NCBI GenBank assembly: GCA_036478295.1
Contig: JAZGDW010000017.1
Span: 1-42,428 of the forward strand
Direction of reading: 5' to 3'
DNA from: Candidatus Krumholzibacteriia bacterium
GTDB lineage: Bacteria > Krumholzibacteriota > Krumholzibacteriia > WVZY01
DNA: 42,428 bases
A program made the translations under genes and the position numbers. Below are positions 35,671 to 42,428 of this stretch, in pieces. Below the pieces are notes generated by a model. That model was not told the origin of the DNA. It ran no database searches and saw only the letters and a list, made by a program, of their open reading frames with translations. Numbering within the stretch: the stretch's first letter is position 1; each line of letters begins with the position of its first letter.

Positions 35671-38129
35671 GCGCCGACTCCAGGAAGTTTTCGGTGATCG
35701 GTGTGCCCCGGCGCCGCGTGGACGGGCGCGCGAAGGTCACCGGGCAGACGCGCTTCGCGGACGACGTGGTGCTGCCGCGCATGCTGTACTGCAAACTCCT
35801 GCGCTCACCTCACCCCCACGCGCGGATCAAGAACATCGACACGTCCCGGGCGCGCGCGCATGAGGGTGTGCACCTCGTCCTGACCGGCGCTGACCTGCCC
35901 ATCGAGTTCGGCATTCTGCCCGTGAGCCAGGACGAGCAGCCGCTGTGCTCGGACGTGGTGCGTTATGTCGGCGACCCGGTCGCGGCCGTCATCGCCAAGG
36001 ACGAGTTGACCGCTTTCGATGCGTTGCATCTGATCGATGTCCAGTACGAGGTCTTGCGCACCTACTCCGAGCCACAGGAGAGTCTGGATCACCCCGAACC
36101 GCGAATCCAGGACTACGGAGAAGAGGGCAACATTCACAAACGCGTGTCGTTCTCGTTCGGTGACGCCGAGGCGGGGTTTGACGAGGCAGACGAAATCTTC
36201 GAAGACATGTTCTTCTATGAGGGCAACACGCATCTCGCCATCGAGCAGCACGCCTCTGTTGCTGCGGTCGACCCGGATGGCAAGCTGACACTTTGGTCGA
36301 GCACTCAGACGCCACACTATGTCCACCGCGCCCTCGCCCAGGTGCTCGAGATACCCGCCGCGCACATCCGGGTGATCGCCTGCCCCAACGGAGGGGGATT
36401 TGGCGGCAAGAGCGACATCTTCAACCACGAGATGGTCGTGGCCAGGGCGGCGCTGGTGCTGGATCGCCCGGTCAAGATCTGCCTGACGCGCGAGGAGGTG
36501 TTCTACGCCCACCGGGGCCGCCACCCGGTGCTCATGCGATTCAAGACGGGCACGAAGAAAGACGGAACCATCACCGGCATGAAGCTCGACACACTGGTCG
36601 ACGGCGGCGCCTACGGGTCGTACGGTGTGGCCAGCGTGCTCTACACCGGTGCGCTGCAGACCGTTACCTACCACATCCCGCGCTACCAGTTTCAAGGGTG
36701 CCGTGTCTTCACCAACAAGCCGCCGTGCGGCCCCAAACGGGGCCACGGCACCCCGCAGCCACGTTTCGGCCAGGAGATCCAGCTCGACCGCATCGCCGAG
36801 CGACTGGCGATCGACCCGGCCGAGCTGCGCCTGAAGATCGTGGAGAAACCGAACTCGCTGACCGCCAACTACCTGCGCATCGGAACCATCGGCCTGGGCA
36901 AGTGCATCCAGAGCGTCGTGAAGCACAGCGGCTGGAAAGACAAGTATCGAAAGCTGCCCCAAGGAAAAGGCGTCGGCCTGGCGTGCGGGTCCTACTTGAC
37001 CGGCGCGGGACTGGCGATCTACTGGAACAAGATGCCGCACTCGGGCGTGCAGCTGCGCCTGGACCGAAGCGGCGAAGTCACAGTTTTCTGCGGTGCCATC
37101 GAGATCGGTCAGGGCTCCGACGATGTGCTGGTGGGTGTGGTGGCGGAAGTGCTCGGCATTGACCCGCACGACGTGCGCTGCGTGACCGGTGATACGGCCT
37201 TGACGCCGGTCGACCTCGGCTCGTACAGCAGCCGCGTCACTCTCATGATGGGGAATGCCGCGATCCAGGCTGCCGAGCGCGCAAAGGATTTGGTGGGGTC
37301 GGCGGTGGCCGCCGAGCTCGACGTTTCACAATCGAACTTGGTTTTTGCCGGGAGACGCGTGTTCGACGGCCGGGATCCCAAAAAGGGCATGGACTGGCGC
37401 AACGCGGTGTGCCTCGCCGAGGCCCGCCACGGAACGCTGGGCACGGTCGGCTCCTATACGCCGCCGAAGTCCGCGGCCCGTTTTGGGGGCGGTGGTGTCG
37501 GACCGTCACCGGCGTACTCCTACACCGCAGCAGTGGTCGAGGTGGAGGTGGACTCCGTGACCGGCTGGATTGGCGTACCCCGGGTCTGGATTGCACACGA
37601 CATCGGCCGCGCGCTGAACCCCGTGCTGGTTCGAGGACAGGTCGAAGGCAGTGTGTACATGGGTTTGGGCGAAGCGTTGATGGAGGAACAGGCGTACCGC
37701 CGCCTGCCGGCCAAACACTCGAACGCCCTCGTGCACAAGTTCCCCTCGATCCTCGAATACAAGAGCCCGACGAGCCACGACATGCCGGAAGTCATCACCG
37801 AGCTGATCGAGGATCCGGACCCGGCGGGTCCGTTCGGGGCGAAAGAGGTGGGACAGGGACCGCTACTCCCCATTATGCCCGCGGTCGCTAACGCGGTGTA
37901 CGATGCGATCGGCGTACGCATCGACGAAGTGCCAATCACGCCCGACAAGATCGTCAAGGCGCTGGACGATAAGGCTCGTGGCGGACCCGGCCGCTACGGT
38001 CCGAACGTGTTCCCCGACATCGATTGGCCGGAACCGCTGCAGGTTCCGCCGCCATGGGAAGGCGGCGACGGAAAGGCGATCAACAAGCCGGAGCGCAAGC
38101 GCGCCGCCAAGCTCGCCAGGGGATCCTGA
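35667..38129 (+). CDS. hcrA: Molybdopterin-binding subunit, 4-hydroxybenzoyl-CoA reductase alpha-like
   Basis: RSPHPHARI, STQTPHY, GGGFGGK, KRGHG, EIGQGS, GSYSSRVT, GQVEG, GPFGAKEVGQG; ATGA overlap with hcrC. Confidence 0.8.
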   Translation: MSADSRKFSVIGVPRRRVDGRAKVTGQTRFADDVVLPRMLYCKLLRSPHPHARIKNIDTSRARAHEGVHLVLTGADLPIEFGILPVSQDEQPLCSDVVRYVGDPVAAVIAKDELTAFDALHLIDVQYEVLRTYSEPQESLDHPEPRIQDYGEEGNIHKRVSFSFGDAEAGFDEADEIFEDMFFYEGNTHLAIEQHASVAAVDPDGKLTLWSSTQTPHYVHRALAQVLEIPAAHIRVIACPNGGGFGGKSDIFNHEMVVARAALVLDRPVKICLTREEVFYAHRGRHPVLMRFKTGTKKDGTITGMKLDTLVDGGAYGSYGVASVLYTGALQTVTYHIPRYQFQGCRVFTNKPPCGPKRGHGTPQPRFGQEIQLDRIAERLAIDPAELRLKIVEKPNSLTANYLRIGTIGLGKCIQSVVKHSGWKDKYRKLPQGKGVGLACGSYLTGAGLAIYWNKMPHSGVQLRLDRSGEVTVFCGAIEIGQGSDDVLVGVVAEVLGIDPHDVRCVTGDTALTPVDLGSYSSRVTLMMGNAAIQAAERAKDLVGSAVAAELDVSQSNLVFAGRRVFDGRDPKKGMDWRNAVCLAEARHGTLGTVGSYTPPKSAARFGGGGVGPSPAYSYTAAVVEVEVDSVTGWIGVPRVWIAHDIGRALNPVLVRGQVEGSVYMGLGEALMEEQAYRRLPAKHSNALVHKFPSILEYKSPTSHDMPEVITELIEDPDPAGPFGAKEVGQGPLLPIMPAVANAVYDAIGVRIDEVPITPDKIVKALDDKARGGPGRYGPNVFPDIDWPEPLQVPPPWEGGDGKAINKPERKRAAKLARGS

Positions 38130-38180
38130 CGACGCACGATCGGCACGGCACGCAAAGATTATGAGCGAGGTGACCGAACC

Positions 38181-39215
38181 ATGATGAGACTCCCCTACTT
38201 TCGCTACCGTGCTCCGCGCACGGTGTCCGAGGCTGCGAAGATCCTCGCCGCCGAGGGACCCGAGGCAATGCTGCTCGCGGGCGGTACCGACCTGCTGCCC
38301 AACATGAAACGCCGGCAGCAGGTGCCAGGAACGCTCGTCGGTTTGCGCAGTATTGATGCATTGCGCTCCATTGCAAACGGATCGGGCTTGCGTATTGGAG
38401 CGGGTCTCACGTTGAGCCAGCTCGCGGCCGATGCCCGCGTGCGCGAGCAGTATACCGGTCTGTTCCAGGCAGCGATCCAGGTGGCCACGCCTCACCTGCG
38501 AAACATGGCCACCCTCGGTGGAAACATCTGCCTCGACACCCGGTGCAACTACTACGACCAGAACTACGAGTGGCGCAAGGCGATCGACTTCTGTATGAAA
38601 AAGGATGGGGACATCTGTTGGGTGGCGACGGGGAGCAAGCGTTGCCTGGCCGTCTCGTCCACGGACACCGCGCCCGCCCTGATGTCGCTGGGAGCGAGAG
38701 TGCGTTTGGTCTCGGATGGAGGCGACCGGCTGGTGTCACTTGGCGATTTGTACCGGAACGATGGTATCGACTACATCACGCGCCGACCCGACGAGATTGT
38801 GACCGAGGTTGTGCTCGACCCCCCCGGCGGATGGAAGAGCACGTACTGGAAGCTGCGTCGTCGCGGGTCGTTCGACTTTCCGGTGCTTGCGGCCGCCGTG
38901 GCGGTCAAGTTCGCAAAAGGCGGTGTCGTCGAAGATGCGCGGATCGTGCTGGGAGCGGTTGCGTCCTGTCCCGTTGACTGCCCCGACGCGGCGCAAGGGT
39001 TGGCGGGAAAAAAACTGACGGACGCCGTAATCGAGGAAGCGGCTACAGTTGCCTCGAAGAAGGCCAAGCCGGTGGACAACACGGACTTCACCCTGTCCTG
39101 GCGCAAGCGCGTCGCCCGTGCGTTCGTGACCTACGCGCTCTGCGAGGTCCGCGGCGATGACATGCGTGAGCAGCGGATCAAGGTGGCCCGGCACTCGCTC
39201 GACGCCGCGGTCTGA
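38181..39215 (+). CDS. hcrB: FAD/[4Fe-4S] subunit, 4-hydroxybenzoyl-CoA reductase beta-like
   Basis: AGGTDL, RNMATLGGN, HcrB-type Cys insertion RCNYY...FCMKKDGDICWV...KRC, RGSFDFP. Confidence 0.85.
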   Translation: MMRLPYFRYRAPRTVSEAAKILAAEGPEAMLLAGGTDLLPNMKRRQQVPGTLVGLRSIDALRSIANGSGLRIGAGLTLSQLAADARVREQYTGLFQAAIQVATPHLRNMATLGGNICLDTRCNYYDQNYEWRKAIDFCMKKDGDICWVATGSKRCLAVSSTDTAPALMSLGARVRLVSDGGDRLVSLGDLYRNDGIDYITRRPDEIVTEVVLDPPGGWKSTYWKLRRRGSFDFPVLAAAVAVKFAKGGVVEDARIVLGAVASCPVDCPDAAQGLAGKKLTDAVIEEAATVASKKAKPVDNTDFTLSWRKRVARAFVTYALCEVRGDDMREQRIKVARHSLDAAV

Positions 39216-39379
39216 ACTCGCCGGATCAGCACCGCGCTGTAGCCGTCGTCCATCCCATGAGCTCCCGTTCTCCTTGCCCGAGATACCGGGAACCTCCTCC
39301 ATATCTTTGTGGTAAAGTAGAGCTCAACCGGTTCCGAAGCAAGGTCCGGGAGCCCCAGGTACTTCAACGATAGGTTTTC

Positions 39380-41674
39380 ATGCAGCGATCCTTCCGAATC
39401 TTTCCGGTCGCGCTGGTTCTGGCCGTCTGTCTCATGGCGGTTTCGGGCTGCAAGAGCGACCAGACTCCGCCTTCCTCTAGCGAACAGTCTTCCAACAAAG
39501 CCGCCACCCTCACGTTGAAGGTCACTCCGGGGGCAGTTCCCGGCGATCAGCCCGCCGGCCACCGGCGCATGGTCGCCGTCCTGGAAGACCTCGCCGTGCG
39601 CTCTCCCGACGAGAATTCCTACCAGGGTGACGGGCGGGCGAGGAAACTGCGCGCGGCCATCAGGAACCTGCCCGCCGACGCGCCCATAAAGGAGCGACTG
39701 CGGCTGCTGCGGCACTCGGGCATGGCCGAGTTGCGTGCCGCAAACGAGAGTGAGAGCATCCGCGCCCTCACCGAGGCCCGCCGGTTGCTGCCGCAGGCGA
39801 GCGGGCAGATCAATCGGTTGCAGGCGGCGGACATTGTGTTTCGCCTGGGCGTAGCCTATATGCGCATGGGTGAAACGGAAAACTGCTGCAACCGCTTCAC
39901 GCCGGACAGCTGCATCCTGCCGATTCGTGGTGGTGGCATTCACACAGACCCGACCGGCTCGCGCGGCGCGATTCTCCAGTTCAAGGAAGTGCTGCGCATG
40001 CTCCCGGCGGACAACGATATGCACCTGACCGCGCGCTGGCTGATGAACGTCGCCTACATGACGCTGGACGAGCACCCGGACCAGGTGCCGGCCGAGCATC
40101 TCATTCCCCGAGCGCGCTTCAAGAGCGAGGTGGAGTTCCCGCGACTGGTGAATGTGGCACAGGACCTGGGTCTCGACCGCTTCAACTGCTCCGGGGGCGT
40201 GATCTTTGATGACCTGACTGGTGACGGCGAACTCGACATCCTGACATCGACGTGGGAACCCCGCGGTGCGCTAAAGCTTTTCACCCGGGATTCCAGCGGA
40301 AAGTACATCGACCGATCGGCGGAAATGGGTCTCGAAGGTATTGTCGGCGGCCTGAACCTGGTACCGGCCGACTATGACAACGATGGGGACCTGGACTTTA
40401 TTGTGCTGCGCGGGGCGTGGCTGGGCGAAAATGGACGTCATCCCAATTCGCTGGTTCGAAACAACGGCGACGGCACGTTTACCGACGTCACCTTCGACGC
40501 CGGCCTGGGCGAGGTGCACTACCCCACCCAGACGGCCGACTGGGCCGACTACGACGGCGACGGCGATCTCGATCTTTTCATCGGCAACGAGACTCTGAAA
40601 GGATCTCTCGCATCCGCCCAGTTGTTCCAGAATCAAGGCGACGGCACGTTTAAAGATGTGGCCGCGCGGGCGGGAGTCCTCAACAACCGCTTTACCAAGT
40701 CCGTGTGCTGGGGTGACTACGACAACGACGGTGACCCCGACCTCTTCATCTCGAATTTCTTCCAGGAGAATCGTCTGTACAGGAACGAGGGCGACGGGAC
40801 ATTTGTCGACGTTGCGCCGGATCTGGGGGTAACCCTCCCGCTCATTAGTTTTCCCGCGTGGTTCTTTGACTACGACAACGACGGCAACCTGGACATCTTT
40901 GTGTCGACCTACGACGGCCGCACGGCTCAGGTCGCGCGCCATTACCTCGGTCAGCAGCCGACATCGGAACCGGCCTGTCTCTACCGGGGGGACGGTAAAG
41001 GCGGGTTCACCAACGTCGCGCGAGACGCCGGGCTGATGATGCCGATGTTGCCGATGGGAGCGAACTTTGGAGACCTCGACGGCGACGGCTTCCTCGACAT
41101 CTACCTCGGCACCGGCGACCCCGATTACGCCTCGCTCGTACCGAATCTCCTGCTCATGAACCAGCAGGGCCAACGGTTCGTCGATGTCACGATGGCCGCC
41201 GGAGTCGGACTCCTGCAGAAAGGCCACGGGGTGGCGTTCGCGGACATCGACGGCGACGGCGACACCGACTTGTTCGAACAGATGGGCGGGGCGTACATCG
41301 GCGACCGTTTCCGCGACGCCGTGTTCGAGAATCCCGGATTCGGCAACCGGCACGTGACGGTTCATTGTATCGGCACGCGTTCGAACCGATCGGCGATCGG
41401 CGCGAGGATCCGCGTAGACGTCGACGGTCCGGGGGGACGCCGGACCGTCTATCGCCACGTGAATACTGGGGGAAGCTTCGGCGCGAATCCCCTGCGCCAG
41501 ACCATCGGCCTGGGGAAGGCGGAACGGATTCTCGCAGTCGAGGTCTACTGGCCCACGAGCGGTATCACTCAGCGCGAGGAGAACGTTCCCCTGGACGCTC
41601 TGGTCCGCGTGACGGAAGGAACCGAAGGCGTGGGCGATATCACCGTCATTCCGTCGAACGGCAAGGGCCGCTAG
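39380..41674 (+). CDS. CRTAC1-family lipoprotein with FG-GAP-like repeats and ASPIC/UnbV C-terminal domain
   Basis: Lipobox VSG-C; repeated DYDNDGDLD and N.GDGTF.DV; SNRSAIGARI...GGSFG...IGLG...EVYWP. Confidence 0.92.
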   Translation: MQRSFRIFPVALVLAVCLMAVSGCKSDQTPPSSSEQSSNKAATLTLKVTPGAVPGDQPAGHRRMVAVLEDLAVRSPDENSYQGDGRARKLRAAIRNLPADAPIKERLRLLRHSGMAELRAANESESIRALTEARRLLPQASGQINRLQAADIVFRLGVAYMRMGETENCCNRFTPDSCILPIRGGGIHTDPTGSRGAILQFKEVLRMLPADNDMHLTARWLMNVAYMTLDEHPDQVPAEHLIPRARFKSEVEFPRLVNVAQDLGLDRFNCSGGVIFDDLTGDGELDILTSTWEPRGALKLFTRDSSGKYIDRSAEMGLEGIVGGLNLVPADYDNDGDLDFIVLRGAWLGENGRHPNSLVRNNGDGTFTDVTFDAGLGEVHYPTQTADWADYDGDGDLDLFIGNETLKGSLASAQLFQNQGDGTFKDVAARAGVLNNRFTKSVCWGDYDNDGDPDLFISNFFQENRLYRNEGDGTFVDVAPDLGVTLPLISFPAWFFDYDNDGNLDIFVSTYDGRTAQVARHYLGQQPTSEPACLYRGDGKGGFTNVARDAGLMMPMLPMGANFGDLDGDGFLDIYLGTGDPDYASLVPNLLLMNQQGQRFVDVTMAAGVGLLQKGHGVAFADIDGDGDTDLFEQMGGAYIGDRFRDAVFENPGFGNRHVTVHCIGTRSNRSAIGARIRVDVDGPGGRRTVYRHVNTGGSFGANPLRQTIGLGKAERILAVEVYWPTSGITQREENVPLDALVRVTEGTEGVGDITVIPSNGKGR

Positions 41675-41675
41675 C

Positions 41676-42428
41676 ATGCCGGCCTTTCGCAGACTTATGA
41701 ACAAGACGGCTCCTCTTCTTTTGTCGGTCGTGTGGCTCTTTGCCGCTGCTTCGTGTAGCGGCCCTGGCCAGGAGGAGAGAGCCTCTCTGCAGAAAAAGAC
41801 GACCAGACCTAACATAGTCCTGGTCGTTTCCGATGCGCTGCGCCGGGATGTCATCGGTTGCTACGGCGGCGTTGCCAGAACGCCGAATATCGACCGGCTG
41901 GCTGACCGGGGAGTCTTGTTCGAGAACGCATACAGCACCTCCCCCTGGACACCGCCCTCGGCGGTCAGTATTTTCACCGGCAACTACGCCACTTCCTACC
42001 CTTACTACGATTTCGAGAAAACGATAAAGGTTCACGTGCCTGACGAGGAGATCCTCCTCGCCGAGGCGCTCAGGGAGCGCGGGTATGATACCGCGATAAG
42101 AAACGGTAATTTTCAAGCGGGGTTGCATAATTGTTTTCAGGGTTTCGAGATTCTGCCCGATGAGGTGTGGGTTACCAAAGAAACCATGATGTCCATTGAG
42201 CAGATTACCAACGTCCGGGTTCGCGACACTTCGGGCTACGTAAACTGTCTTAGTGTTCTCAGCCGACTACTGAGTATCCCCGAAGAGAAGAACTTTTTTA
42301 TGGTGCAGTGGATTCTCGATCCACATGAACCATTTACGCCGGCGAGGAAGTTCGCATCAAGTATTGTTGTCGATCAATCCCATCTCACCAAACCGGCGGA
42401 AGAGTACACAAGCAGGAAAAACATCGAG
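41676..42428 (+). CDS. Sulfatase-like hydrolase/transferase lipoprotein, 3' end outside the window
   Basis: Translated by hand: lipobox AAS-C, RPNIVLVVSDALRRD, TPNIDRLA.RGVLFENAY, SPWTPPSAVSIFTG, LAEALRERGY.T, DPHEPF. Open to the window end and absent from the ORF track. Start is 41676 or 41697. Confidence 0.9.
   Translation, partial: MPAFRRLMNKTAPLLLSVVWLFAAASCSGPGQEERASLQKKTTRPNIVLVVSDALRRDVIGCYGGVARTPNIDRLADRGVLFENAYSTSPWTPPSAVSIFTGNYATSYPYYDFEKTIKVHVPDEEILLAEALRERGYDTAIRNGNFQAGLHNCFQGFEILPDEVWVTKETMMSIEQITNVRVRDTSGYVNCLSVLSRLLSIPEEKNFFMVQWILDPHEPFTPARKFASSIVVDQSHLTKPAEEYTSRKNIE

Noticed and set aside
40200..41280. Repeated GACTACGACAACGACGG-like DNA motifs
   Set aside because: They encode FG-GAP-like DxDxDG protein repeats, not a DNA-level element.
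1..42428. Mobile elements, prophage, defence systems, tRNA or rRNA
   Set aside because: No integrase, transposase, phage, restriction or toxin motifs and no tRNA or rRNA signatures were recognised by eye.

Overview
GC-rich bacterial chromosomal segment. The organism is a diderm, probably of the Latescibacterota/Krumholzibacteriota-like FCB neighbourhood (inferred from the secreted-protein tails, not proven). No mobile element, CRISPR array, tRNA or rRNA is evident. Left to right: a minus-strand housekeeping run yggS-divIVA-yggU-PNP-ileS (IleRS2, runs off the left edge and is missing from the ORF track); an NrdR-boxed nrdAB operon whose beta subunit has class Ic (Mn/Fe, tyrosyl-radical-free) signatures; an exported thioredoxin-fold protein; a diheme cytochrome c; membrane and envelope genes (DUF4153, MFS, YihY, AsmA, Wzx flippase, sulfotransferase, DCC1-like, lipoprotein); a Crp/Fnr regulator with a HAD phosphatase; a Lon homologue with a degenerate ATPase but intact protease dyad next to arginase; a Ser/Thr kinase-TPR protein; a TetR-controlled 4-hydroxybenzoyl-CoA-reductase-like hcrCAB operon with Gln at the catalytic Glu position; a CRTAC1/ASPIC-UnbV lipoprotein; and a Thr-type sulfatase-like lipoprotein running off the right edge. 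Strongest novelty candidates: (1) a shared C-terminal T-W-G-x-I-K-x-L-Y/F tail on three unrelated secreted proteins (putative sorting or secretion signal), (2) the Lon with a predicted inactive ATPase, (3) the Glu-to-Gln HcrA-like molybdoenzyme, (4) an inverted pair of intergenic repeats flanking a 1.4 kb two-gene block.
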